From Antedon mediterranea (lineage: Eukaryota; Animalia; Echinodermata), in contig NC_092672.1 of assembly GCF_964355755.1 (NCBI RefSeq), positions 22,457,237 to 22,521,236 of the forward strand: 64,000 nt of DNA, in the 5' to 3' direction. The position numbers and the translations under genes are program-made. Positions 1-12,667 of this stretch are shown in pieces. The first letter of the stretch is position 1. The number at the start of each line of letters is the position of its first letter. The notes beneath the pieces are model-generated. The model was given only the letters and a program-made list of their open reading frames with translations, was not told the DNA's origin and did no database searches.

Positions 1-657
1 CGGCTGTAAATATTGAGGAAAAACAAGGTCCGATCGCCGTCCGCCGCATCTATGGTGTCCTGATCGTCTATAGTCTAAATAGGTAGATAGGCCTAGATAG
101 TTTACTCTCCAAAAAAGGAGTAAGCGCAGGATTGGTTGTTTTTCTTTTTTCATAGCCAAACTATTAATACGTCTGTACTAAGAGAGTATTTAACTGTGTC
201 ACTGACAGTTGAATTGTTTTTCGCCATGATACAACTAAACTGGAATGGAAACAACAAATCTAATAAATGCAAATTGTAGTGGAATAACGTTAAGAATGAT
301 AACACTGTAATGTGTAGTAATAGTCATAAAAAATACTATACAACAAAGCATGAGATGCGATAACTAATAGCAAAAACAATAGCACGGTCTAATAAAAAAA
401 AATCACTCTAGATGTCAACAAGCAAAATGACTAACCATGTAAATAATCTGGGTATTGACAAACTGCAAGCCATGGATTCATTGGAGTCAGTGGAGTCAGT
501 GGAGTCCACGTGACCATGTTAATTGCAATTCAAGCGAGTCAGTACGAAGTGTAACTGCACTATTGTACCAAAAGTGCGAGGCACCATAAAATATATTAAA
601 TAATTTAATTTAATCTAGTATGTTCATATGAAACATTAGAGAGGAGTAATTATAAAA

Positions 658-3214
658 CTAGACATGAAACTCGTCACTTTGACGAGTTAGTTATCCGCAC
701 GACAAACACCACGTGCACGTCATACGTTGGGATATTGCACACAGAAAAAGATTATGGCATTATGACCTGAACTGAAGAATATGATATGTTGTTATTGCTG
801 AATTCTGTTATTTTGTGTCATATAGTATACACAGTATAATCTGTATACATGTCACAAACAGTGTAAAATAGGTGAAATTACGGGACCCGTATTTTATTTT
901 AATTTTTAACATGTTGACGGTTTCAAAAGGAAACGCGAAGGTAGTAATTTCGGAAGAAAATTATCTCAGCAACAACATATTAATGTTTAGAAGAAATTTA
1001 AATACGTGAAATATTAATGCGCGCTCTTTTAAATATAATGAACTATGACGCAAAAGATGAAAATATGACTTTGTTTATTTAACTGGCCATATGATGACGT
1101 CACAACATCTGATTGGCAAAAAGTTCACATGATTTCGTATCTACAATCCCATAGCTTCCTGAAAACGTTTTAATCGTGATTATCACATTTTATTCTTACG
1201 AGCTATAACAGATTAAAATTTACTGTAAAGATGAAATTATTGACGCTGTTAATTAAAATTTTTAGGCATGATGACGTCATAAAAATTAAAATATTTTTAA
1301 CTCATGCGTAAGATAGTTGATTGAGCTAGATAATATTAAAATTTCGGAGAAAAAGGAATACAGATAGGCGTGATGCGCTCCATTGAATATGATGAGCAAT
1401 AACGAAAGAGACAAAAATCCTAGATTTTACATTCGTGTGGCCATACGATGACGTCACAATGTCCGGTTATCCATATTGATTCATGATTCTCATCCTCATC
1501 AACTTCCAGAATATGTAATTAAAAAAAAGTTCACCACGTTGTTTAGAATCTATGACTGTTTAAAAAAAGGCATAATGTTGACAAATTTTTTAACTTTTTC
1601 ATCAAAAACGCACGTAAAGTATCCAATTCAACGTGCCCGTATGACGTAATTGTAAGTCGAAATTGTTTTAAAATTGGTAAAATTACTTTAAAAGGCTGGA
1701 AAAACATAATTCAATAAAAAAAAAACTTTTAGCGCTACGTGCGCACCACGCGCATAAAATTGTTCGCGCACGTGGGAAATTTTGACATGCTCAAAATATC
1801 ATGATCAGCGTAGAAAGTTGATTAAAAATTAATTTTGCGCTTTTTGAATTTTAAATGCGTGTGCGGGGCGTAACTTTGTCTAAAACACGCAATTTTTTTT
1901 CCACAGAAAGTTAGCGCATGATATAAATCAAACTTTTGCTAAGTTTCAATTTAAATTGTTATATGGTTTTAAATCTATGTTAAATACGCGAAATTCATAA
2001 AATCGCGCGTAAGTCACGTTGCGCATTTCTGACGTCATTCACAATAGGAGGTGCACAACTTCACGTGAATGTTCATATGTTAACAAAGTTATGAAATGTT
2101 ATGTTTAGACGTTTTTGAGATACGCGAGACACAAAAATAGAGGAGAAATGCGCGTGCACGCGTAACGTCTTGTAAAACATGCCATTTTTAATCCACAAAA
2201 AGTTTGCCCTTGATATGACTTAAATTTTCACGAAGTGTCAAAACAAATTTATGCTTGGTTTTTAGTCTATGATCACTCATAAAAAATCATAAATCGCACG
2301 TAAGTCACGTTGCGCAACTCTGACGTCATTCAAAAATAGGAGGTGCACAACTTCACGTAAATGCCCATATCTTGACAAAGTTATGAAATGTTATGTTTAC
2401 AAGTTTTTGAGATACGTGAGACACAAAAATGAGGGAGAAAGAAATAAGAAACTAGAGTAAAAACCCTATATTTTACATTTGTGTGGCCATACGATGACGT
2501 CATAACATCCGAGGGGTAAAGATTTTGCATGAATTCATATCTACAACATATCTACTTACATATAAAATTTTAAAAATTGGGGGTCGTGGATGATCCTGAG
2601 GAGCTATAATAGATTCAAAATTGGCATTATTTTGACAATATTTATAACTTTTTCAACTAAAACGCGCGCAAATCGTATAAATCAACGTGTTCGTATGACG
2701 TCATTTTAATTTGAAATGATGTCAATCTTTTTTAAAATGACTAGGAAAGGCTGGAAAATCATAATTCAAGAGAAAAAACATGGTTTTTATGCTCCGTGCG
2801 CACCTTACGCATAATTTTTTTCGTGCGCGCGGGAATTTTTGACATGTTCAAAATGTCATGATCAGCGTAGAAAGTTGATTAGAAATTAATTTTGCGCATT
2901 TTGAAACTTTAAATGCGCGTGCGCGCGTAACTTCTTTTGAAACATGCCATTTTTAATCCATAAAAAGTTTGCCCTTAATATGACTTAAATTTTCAATAAG
3001 TATCAATACAAAATGACTTTTGGTTTTTAATCTATGATCAATCATTGAAATTCATAAAATCACGCGTAACTTACGCTGCGTGACTCTAACATCATATAAC
3101 AAAGTTTCCTGCACATCTACAGCTACAGGTCAATCTTATGACAAAGTTATACAAAGTTATGTCTACAAACATTTGAGATATAGCTGCAACAAAAATCCGG
3201 GAAAGAAAGAAGAA
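658..3214 (-). mobile_element. Non-autonomous Helitron/Helentron-like (HINE-type) element with long internal degenerate repeats, copy 1
   Basis: On the minus strand it ends in a 9-bp-stem hairpin (AACTCGTCA-ctt-TGACGAGTT, 668-688) followed by CTAG (658-661) and a T run. Internal blocks recur (e.g. 2000-2140 and 2290-2430). A GAA-rich microsatellite lies at 3201-3214. Confidence 0.55.
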
Positions 3215-4135
3215 CTAGACATGAAACTCGTCACTTTGACGAGTTAGTTATCCGCTTGACAAACGCCACGTGCACATCATACGTTGGAATGTTGCACACA
3301 GAAAAAGATTATGGCATTATGACCTTAACTGAAGAAAATGATATGTTGTTAATGCTAAATTCTGTCTATTTTTTGTCATAATTTGACATATATTATAGTA
3401 TATACATTTTAAAGTACACAGTATAATCTGTATACATGTAATTAAAATTTTTAGGCATGATGATGTTATAAAAATTAAATATTTTTAACTCATGCATAAG
3501 ATAGTTGATTGACCTAGACACTATTAAAATCTCGGAGAAAAAGGAATACAGATAAGCGTGATGCTCTCCATTTAATGTGATGAGCAATAACGAAAGAGTA
3601 AAAAATCCGATATTTTACATTCGTGTGGCCATACGATGATGTCACAATGTCCGGTTAGCCATATTGATTCATGATCCGATTTCTACAACTCATCAACTTC
3701 CAGAATATGTAATTAAAAAAAAGTTCATCTCGTTGTTTAGAATCTATGACTGTTTAAAAATAGGCATAATTTTGACGAATTTTTGAACTTTTTCACCAAA
3801 AACGCATGCAAATTATCTAATTCGACGTGCTCGTATGACGTAATTTTAAGTCGAAATTGTTTAAAAGTTGGTAACATTACTAGAAAAGGCTGAAAAAACA
3901 TAAGAAATATGTTTTTAACGCTACGTGTGCACCGCGTGCGTAACAATTTTTGCGCGCGTGGGAATTTTTGACATGCTCAAAATGACATGAAACGCATAGA
4001 AAGTTGATTAGAAGTTGTTTTTTCGCATTCTAAAATTTGAAGCGCGCGTGCGCGCGTAACATTTTTTGAAACATGCTATTTTTAATCCATAGAAAGTTTG
4101 CGCTTGATATGACTTAAATTTTCACAAAGTGTCAA
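3215..4135 (-). mobile_element. Second, internally deleted copy of the same Helitron-like element
   Basis: CTAGACATGAAACTCGTCACTTTGACGAGTTAGTTATCCGC at 3215 is identical to the sequence at 658. 3215-3440 matches 658-850 and 3440-4060 matches about 1250-1880. The right boundary is approximate. Confidence 0.55.
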
Positions 4136-4311
4136 GCCATTTGAAGTTGAAAAGTGAATAAAATAACGTAAAATTGTTAACCGAAGATTGAAAAACACAA
4201 ATCGTGCAAAAGAAATGCTCATACGTGTTTCCTGCGCCGTGCGCGTGTAGAAATGTGCGCACCTCGTGGCAATTTTTCAAACGTTTAAAATGACCTGAAT
4301 CGTGCTCTAAT

Positions 4312-4960
4312 TGGTTATCCGCCAAGTGGATAACCTTTGTTATTGTAGTGTTACTTTTTTTTTTATTTTTCTTCTTTCTTTCTCAGATTTTGTGCACGCG
4401 TTTTCTCTTCAACGTGTAACGTAACATGTTGTAACTTGGTCAACATTTAGACATTTAACTGAAGATGTTCAGCCAGGCTTTTGGACGCTGTCAGATCCGC
4501 GTAGCGTAAGTCACGCGCGATTTTCTGAAAATCTTAAATCGGTCATAACTTCGAAACCGATAAATATTTTTTAACGAAATTTTCAACCACGTTTTCTTCA
4601 CATCAATGGCTAACTTTTGGAATGGTTAACAAATTTTTGGAGACTAGAAAGTTTTCGCGTAAATTGCGTTTGAAATATTTTACTCTTCTTATTTTGTGCA
4701 CGCTGTTTCTCTTCAACGTGTAAACATAATATGTTGTAACTCGTTCAGCATTTAGACATTTTACTGAAGTTGTCCAGCCAAGCTTTTTGAAGATGTCAGA
4801 GCCGCGTAGCGTAAGTTACGCGTGATTTTCTGAAATCTTGGTTATAACTTCGAAACAATGAATATTTTTTAACGTCATTTTCAGCCACGTTTGCTTCACA
4901 TCAATTGTTAACTTTTTTAACGCTACCGCAATTTGTAACATTAGAAAGTGCGCGCGTAAA
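4312..4960 (+). mobile_element. 5' part of a related HINE-like element
   Basis: Starts with the hairpin GGTTATCC-gccaagt-GGATAACC and shares GTTATCCGC with the other copies. A TTC-rich tract follows, then two diverged repeats of about 305 bp (near 4387 and 4691). Confidence 0.45.
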
Positions 4961-5329
4961 TGGAGTTTTTGTTTTATGGGCCTTTTCAAGATAGCGGCCA
5001 ACATATTCAAATAGCTTATATCTCTGTTCTGGAAGGATTCACTGCGAGCGGTTGTGTTCTGGAAGAGCTCCCTAGGCCCGAATTTCACCTGATTGACTAT
5101 TCTTGTTACCCGGGAATTTCAAACGTTCCCGGCGACGACAGTGTGAAGGCAGGGCGCACCCCTAGCCTAGGCATAGTGCAATATATTTTCAACTTGTATA
5201 AAGCGTTGGACTTCCATTTTAGCTTTTATACTATATGGAGTACATTTTTTAATCATATATTATAAGAACCGACCCACAGTTTTATAGTCGCTGATTGAAT
5301 TTTAAGCAATTTTACGCAGTGTTCAAATA

Positions 5330-7750
5330 TTTTTCCGTTGTTGTCGTCCATCTTGATTTGTCGAGGGCCGTATCAAGATTATTTTACCAGTTATTTTCCA
5401 ATTTTTGATGTTTGTTGACAATTTTTATGATAATAACTGTTTTTTAAATACTTTAACTGTGCTGTGATGTCCTGTAAAAGTCGATTGTGATCATTTGCCT
5501 GTCAATGCTTGGACTCATCATCATTGTACACAGGATTCTTATTTCGCTTGGATTTCTTTGCATTCAAGATGGTGAGCATAACTATTATTTATATTTCTCA
5601 TGTCCTTTTATCGCTCTTTTGGAGTCATAGTGTTGAGCAGCATGCCTACTTATCGCACAATTACTGTTCAAACAATCCGAGTATTATCAAGCGCAAATTT
5701 CAAGGCCCTCCTCAGGTCCTTTATTCTAACTCAACTGCAACACGACACTATTGTAGTTTATCATGTGATAGTGACATACACCCTAACCCAGGCCCTGTAA
5801 ATCAGCATCAGGCACAGGAGCAGCAGCTGCGTTCATCGAGTTCATCTATCAGTACTGCGTCAACTTTGAATTGTCTTAACATGAATGCCCGCAGTCTTCG
5901 GAACAAGACCATTCAATTACAAGCGTTTCTCTCTATTCAAAACATTGATATTTTAGCAATAACTGAATCCTGGCTTACATCAGAAGATTTGACATCTTCA
6001 CTGGGCATTCCTCAAGATTATATGGTGATCAGAAAGGACAGACCCAACAAGAAAGGAGGCGGTGTATTAGCAGCAATAAAGAACGAACTGAATCCAATTC
6101 ATTGTCATTTGCTGGACTCTGGTCCTCATGAAGTTAAATGTTTTTCTATTTCGATTGACAATTATAAGATGCTTTTTGCTGTTTGTTACTGCCCACCGAA
6201 CTTTCCAGTGTCCTTCTGGAATGACTTTAGTAACAATTTTCTTCTGCCTTTATTACCTCACTTACCAAAGTATGATGATATTTATTTTGTTGGGGATTTT
6301 AATTTAAATTGGAATCTTAAACATACGATACCTACCATTTTTCTTGACACTATGAATGCTTTAAATTGTACTCAGCTTGTTGAGGAAATCACTAGGCCTA
6401 ATCAGTTGGTCCCATCATCTGGTACAATAATTGATCTTGTTTTTTCAAACAGGCCAGACCGTTTAATTTCACTTGATGTCATTGATAACCCAGTGATCAG
6501 TATGCAGTTTCCTTTAACGTATTACTTTCCAAACCGTATTCTAAATTGTTGGTACGTAATTTTGTTGCTTACCACAAAACTGATATTGACCATCTAAAAA
6601 AACTTGTCCACCTTGCCCCATGGAATGTCTTCATGGATGAAAACTCAGTTGACAACTCATGGGATGGATTTCTGGATATTTTTACAGTTATTGTCCGTGA
6701 CTCAGTTCCGTTGAAATCACGCAAGCAGCGGAAACATTCCCCATGGGTTACCAATGACATCAAGCAATTTATCAATATAAAGCATAGACTGTTTAGAAAA
6801 GCCAAACGTATTGGTTCTGTATCTGCATGGGATGACTATAAGTCTATTCGTAATAAGGTTAAGCGTCTATGCAATAAGTCGTATTATTCATATGTCAACA
6901 AATTATTTACAAGTGACTCTACTCGTAAAGCTTTCTGGCGTTTTGTTAGAGAACGTAGAAGATCACCAGCACCGTTATCTTTTAATATTAATGGTGTGAA
7001 TGTTTCGTCACACCCTGTAATTGCTAGTTCATTTAATGATGTTTTTGTTTCTGTTTTTAACTCACCCATAATTCTCAGCTGTGAACCTCCGGTTTGTAAT
7101 GTCCCAATCCCTGAACTTTCTCAACTTAACTTTAACGTCTCCAATGTTGAGAAGGTGATTAATGGACTTTCATCTAATAAATCTCCAGGTCCTGATTCCG
7201 TGCATCCATACATATTGAAATCTGCTTCCGAATTTATTGCTCCACCATTATTTAATTTGTTTAACTTGTCCCTGCGTATGGGGGAAATCCCCGCTAAGTG
7301 GAAAATGTCTCACATCACTCCTATATTTAAATCTGGTGATAAAAATGCAATTTGTAATTACAGACCAATATCCCTTACCCCTATTTGTTCGAAACCGCTT
7401 GAAAAAATACTGTTTTCAAGTATATCTGATCACGCTGCTTATAATTGTCCAATTACTGATGTCCAGCACGGTTTTTTCCCCTCACGTTCCTGTGTTACCC
7501 AACTTACCAACCTAACTCATTCCTGGGCATCTTCGCTAGATAAAACTAAAGCCCCCAGAATTGATGTTATCTTTCTCGACTATGCCAAAGCGTTTGATAA
7601 ACTGCCTCACCATATTATTTTAAATAAGCTGGCTAGCCACTTTAATATCAGAGGCAATGTCTGGAAATGGATCAAGTCATTTCTATTGGGACGTTCCCAA
7701 AGAGTCTTGTATCAAGGATCCATTAGCCCATCATCCCCAGTTACCTCTGG
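5330..7750 (+). mobile_element. CR1/L2-group LINE (APE endonuclease + RT), frameshifted and 3'-truncated
   Basis: ORF 5509-6597 has APE motifs NARSL, ITESWL, GGGV, GDFN and IDLVF. After a frameshift near 6490, ORF 6546-7787 has RT motifs KSPGPD, NYRPISL, QHGF and LDYAKAFD. It breaks off at SPVTSG, just before the expected VPQGS. The 5' boundary is approximate. Confidence 0.9.
5773..5796 (+). other. 2A-like (StopGo) motif DIHPNPGP upstream of the LINE endonuclease
   Basis: GAC ATA CAC CCT AAC CCA GGC CCT resembles D(V/I)ExNPGP with E replaced by H, in the position where 2A-like motifs are known in APE-type non-LTR elements. Confidence 0.65.
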
Positions 7751-7967
7751 TAATTTTAATGCAATGAAAAATTTGACCCCAGAATGACAGGAAGTGGCAT
7801 TATTAACCTTGACACATACTAACGGACAATTTGACCTTTGACCTTCTCATCTCATTACCGAATAGTCGTACAAACTTAAAATTGGGCTTAACTTGTTCAG
7901 AAGTTATATCTGTATATTATTTGTTGTAATGAAAACCTTTTTTTTTTTAATGACCGGAATTGACCTT
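7751..7967. repeat. TGACCTTTGACC-motif interspersed repeat, left part (host of the LINE insertion)
   Basis: 7755-7880 is nearly identical to 12340-12468; the repeat resumes after the LINE at 12244. Confidence 0.6.
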
Positions 7968-8215
7968 CAAATTCAAATTCAAATATTCTTTATTCATCCT
8001 CAATCATGAAAATATACAACAACAATATATGAGAACATAAAAAAGATGAAAAGGAAACACATAAAAACTCAAAAGAGCTTGATTAGTTGTGTCCCCCTAC
8101 GTCCCTAACTAGCCTAAAAAACTAAAACATAAATAATTAAAAAGCTAAATCCTGCAACAAGTATTATTTTTTAAATTATTTGTAAAATGATAATAAATGT
8201 TCTTTAAACCATGAT

Positions 8216-11157
8216 TTAAATATATATAATTATTGATTTGGTACTTTGTAGTTCGTAATTCAAGTCATTCCACAATTTGGGTCCCACACATGACACAGTA
8301 AAACTAGTAGAAGTACGATTACGTTTTCTGAGTCTCATTTTGTCTTTAGATCTTGTATTATAATTATGGTAAGAACCATTTTTAATAAAGAGCGATGAAA
8401 AACGCATGTCCTGATTAGTAGTAACATTATACATGAAAAGCCCAATTTGGTACTTATTGATATCCGCAATTTTAAGAAGTTTAAATTTATAGAAACATTC
8501 AGTCATTGAATCATTAAACTTTGACCATGTTATAGCTCGTAATGCCCTTTTCTGGAGTTTAAATAACTCATCTAGATAACTTGGAAATGTGCTACACCAT
8601 ATTATGTTGCAATAATTTAATACTGGTTCAATGAGTGATTTGTATGTTGTCCAGAGAGCATAGGTTGGTAAAAAATGTCTTACTTTATATAGTATGCCTA
8701 CATATCGAGATATTTTCCTAGCTGTAACATTGATGTGGTTCTTATATGTGAGAAATTCATCAATATGTACTCCAAGGAATTTAGTCGATTTAACTCTATC
8801 TATTCTTTTATTGTTGACATAAATATTTACATTCTCTAAATTACTTGGATTTCGCTGATTGCGGAAAATTATGTAATTAGTTTTTTTAACGTTGATTGAT
8901 ATTTTATTGCACATGAACCAATCCGAAACATTTTTTAGTTCACCATTAACTAGTTCTATGAGCGTATCCAAGTTTTCGTGAGATGCAGATATGTTTGTGT
9001 CGTCAGCAAATAAAACAAAAGATAACGAGTTTGAGCAATTAAATACATCGTTAATGTACAAAATAAAAAGTAGAGGCCCCAGAATTGAACCCTGTGGTAC
9101 ACCGCAATTTATATCCATCAAACACGAACTTGTGTTATCAATAGACGTAAATTGTTTCCTTCCACTAATATAGTTTCTAAACCATTTAAGGGCCGTGCCT
9201 CTTATGCCATAGTGTTCCAATTTTTTAAGAAGTATATCATGGTTGATGGTGTCAAACGCTTTTGACAAATCAATAAATATTCCGATGGTATTTTTTTTCT
9301 TATCAAGCGCATCGGTTATTCGTTCAACCAGATCTATAACGGCCATAAAAGTAGAACTGTTTTTTTCTGAAACCATATTGTGCATTATTAAGGATGTTAA
9401 ACTTTGTGATATAATTATTTACTCTAATTTGAACAATTTTTTCAAGAATTTTTGAAGCGGTAGGCAGAATAGAGATCGGCCTATAATTACTGACATCACT
9501 TTTATTGCCAGATTTAAAAATTGGAACTACTCTAGCTACTTTCATACTATCAGGGACCATGCCTGTCTCAAGAGAGTTTAAAGATATGTACAAGAGGAGA
9601 TGCCACAGCAGCAATAATATGTTTTAGAATGCGATTACTTTCAACACCTTCTGAATTTGAATTTTTGATTTGACTAACTATTTCAATGACCTCTTCTTCA
9701 TTCGTAGGATTGCAAATTATGGATTGGGATTGACTCTCTTTCATATATTGTTTAAAGTCAGAATTGTTTACATTTGGTATTTTGTTTGCTAATTCATTTC
9801 CAATGTTGGAGAAGAAGTCATTAAAAGCATCAGACATACCTTTTGGATCACATACCAAAGTTTTATTACTATGGTTAATTACCTCATTTGGCTTAACACT
9901 CGATTTTTTTCTATTTAGAACTTCATTTAAAACTGTCCATGTTTGCTTTGAATCGTGTCGAGCTGCATCCAGTTTTTTGGAATAATATTGTTTTTTCCGA
10001 ATTCTAATTAAATATTTTTGTACTTTTTATATATATTTTTTAATAATTGTGTTGGGTTTTTAAGGTATTTTTTATAAAGTTCATTTTTCTTTTTTATTGA
10101 AATCAAAATTCCTGTTGTGATCCATGGTTTTTTCTTTGTTTTACCATTTGGCTTATTACTTTTTGTAGGTATGTTATTATCTATGAGATTGGATAGTTTT
10201 ATAATAAATAGGTTATATGATGTATTGGTATCTGTGCATAAATATAGTTCACCCCAATCCTCATTAGAAATAGCAATAAGCAAGTTATTTAATGTTTTAT
10301 CATTAATTATTTTTTGTTTTGTAATTGGAGCTTGTGTGTTAGTATTTAATGACAAGTGTGTTGTCATGAAAATGGGTAGATGATCGGTAATGTCAGTGAC
10401 TATTACTCCACAATGCGAAATGTTATCATCATTTGTAATAATATTATCTAAAATTGTAGCAGAAGACGATGTTATTCTGGTGGGTAAGTTGATTAATGGA
10501 TTAAAAGATGTTGAGTAAATAATGTTTGTGAATTCTTGTGTTGTTTTTTGAATGTCATATTTTATTTTAGTCTTGATTAAAATCTCCTAAGATATAGCAG
10601 TTTTTGTTTTCGCGATTAAGTTTATGTAAGATTTCTTCTAGATCAGAGTTAAATGAGTTGACATTTGAATTTGGTGGTCGATACAACATACCTACAATAG
10701 TATTTTTGCCGTTTGTGTTTATTATTTCTAGAAAAAGTGAATCAATGGAGTTATCATTAAATACAAAATCATCACGTGTTACGGTGTTGATTTGTTCTTT
10801 TAAATATAGACAAACTCCACCACCGACTCTACCTTCTCTATTACAAGTGTACATATTGTATCCATTGATATTTAATAAGTCAATTGGCGTGTTCTTATTT
10901 ATCCAGGTTTCCGAGAAACCAAGTACATCAAACGCACGACCTATGGTATCTAACATAATGCTAATTTCGTCGAAGTGTTTTGGAAGACTACGTGCATTCA
11001 TGTGTAACGTTGTAAAGATACCATTGTTATCAATTTGCGCCTGTAGCTCATTTAGTTGTGTTGGAGTGAAATATTTGCATAAACCAGCTTCGTCACTTTC
11101 AAAGCAATCTATGGAATGTGTAGGACTCGATTTATTTTCATATTGAGTCATGCTCAT
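8216..11157 (-). pseudogene. LINE ORF2p (APE + RT), split into at least five frame pieces
   Basis: Motifs HMNARSL, SETW, YRPPN, GDFN, NYRPISIL, DLSKAFD, GVPQGSILGP, FADD, KFLG, YCNIIW and GPKLWN. Confidence 0.9.
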
Positions 11158-11421
11158 AAAGTAGTATTGGAAAAAAGAACAAAATTCAATCAATTCACCA
11201 AAGCTGTTAAGCAAAATGGCGTTTAACTAAATGACTAAAAACCGGCAGGTTAGCAATACAATAATAAAAAAAACACAATTTACAATAAAAAGAATCACAA
11301 TAAAGCACACGCACCAAACAGTTAATGCAGTCTATAATGTATACAATAGTTAAAATTCTGGTTTCAGGGCAAAAACAAGAAATCTCACAATTTCACATTT
11401 AATGTAATACCACACGGTAAA

Positions 11422-12064
11422 TTAGGTGGAATGCAGTTTGTTGAGATCGGAAAATTTTGTTACGACAATCTTCTTATTATTCTTAGTTAGTACATGTATG
11501 CGTCCATCTTGGGTCCAGACTGCGGTCAAGGCAGAATTATCCTGGGTTTTGATGGTTCTTAACAATTTCATCCTTTTCATTGTTAGGTTCTCGTGTATAA
11601 AGGTATTGGTACCTTTCAGTTTTCTTTTTGCTTTAAAAACTTCATTCCTTTTATTGTATTGAGCGAACTTCACAATAACTCCCCGGGGCTTGCCGTTACT
11701 TGGTTTCTTGGGGCCTAGTCTGTGACTCCTATCAATGTCATTTTGATTCACCGTAAGGTTCATCTTAGAACTAAATAATTGTGTAACAATATTATCGGTA
11801 TTCTCACCTACTTTCTCCTCCAGTCCGTGTATCACCAAACAGTTCCTCCTGGAATATTGTTCACTTTCATCCAGTGATTCCCTAATGTCCTCGATTTCCT
11901 GTTCCATTTTCTTCATTTTCCTTAGAGTCTATGTCGCAATTGGACTTATCTAACTTATCTTCAAGGCAAGGGATGCCTTTTCCTTCAGTCTCTTTTTGGT
12001 TACGACGTGGCCTGGCTGCAGGCGAATCGTTCCTCTGTCCTCCTTTTGGCTTACCACCGCCCAT
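11422..12064 (-). pseudogene. LINE ORF1p (coiled coil + RRM-type), one frameshift near 11915
   Basis: Motifs EQYSRRNCLVIHGL, DIDRSHRLG, VIVKF, FIHENLT and VWTQDGRI. The N-terminus MGGGKPKGG is in a different frame. Confidence 0.8.
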
Positions 12065-12243
12065 GTTGCGGGCAAATAAAACACTGGAATCGAGTAAACA
12101 AAATTCCTTGAGGTAAATGAACAATAGTAAACGTAGGTTGCCACTATGTGTAACAATGCATTCAGCTGGTGTGACACGTGAAATGTTTGATTTCCAGGAG
12201 CGATTATTCGACACGTCTTACTCGCATCGCTTCTCTTGTTCAA

Positions 12244-12470
12244 TGACCTTTGACCCTGAACTTAAATAAATGTATAATTTTTGGTCTAGAGACATACAGT
12301 ACGATTGGGCTTAAATTATTCCGAAAGTATAAATTCATATTTAATGCAATGAAAAATTTTACCCCAAAATGACAGGAAGTGGCATTATTGACCTTGACAC
12401 ATACTAACGGACAATTTGACCTTTGACCTTCTTATCTCCTTACTGACTAGTCGTACAGACTTAAAATTAA
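12244..12470. repeat. TGACCTTTGACC-motif interspersed repeat, right part
   Basis: Continues the repeat at 7751-7967. Confidence 0.6.
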
Positions 12471-12667
12471 CCTGACTAGTAGCCGCACTTGTAATCTGGC
12501 CTCATTTCACAGCCTTTGTTCTGCTTCACTGGGCGCTTATATAAATTGAAACTTTTACCGTTCAAGAGACAAACAAATATATTTTATATTTTTTACTTTT
12601 CATTTTAAACCCGGAACCCTCCTTTAATTATACTAAGCACTTCTGTGTCAGATATAAATGAGATACT

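Larger units (their letters stand above)
7968..12243 (-). mobile_element. Full-length Crack/L2-type LINE (about 4.3 kb) with ORF1 and ORF2, multiply frameshifted
   Basis: Flanked by the 7-bp direct repeat TGACCTT (7961-7967 and 12244-12250). The 3' end has AATAAA and an (ATTTGA)n tail. ORF1 and APE-RT ORF2 are both present. Confidence 0.9.

Noticed and set aside
3393-5265. Short ORFs in the Helitron-like cluster
   Set aside because: No recognisable motifs; they lie in non-coding repeat sequence.
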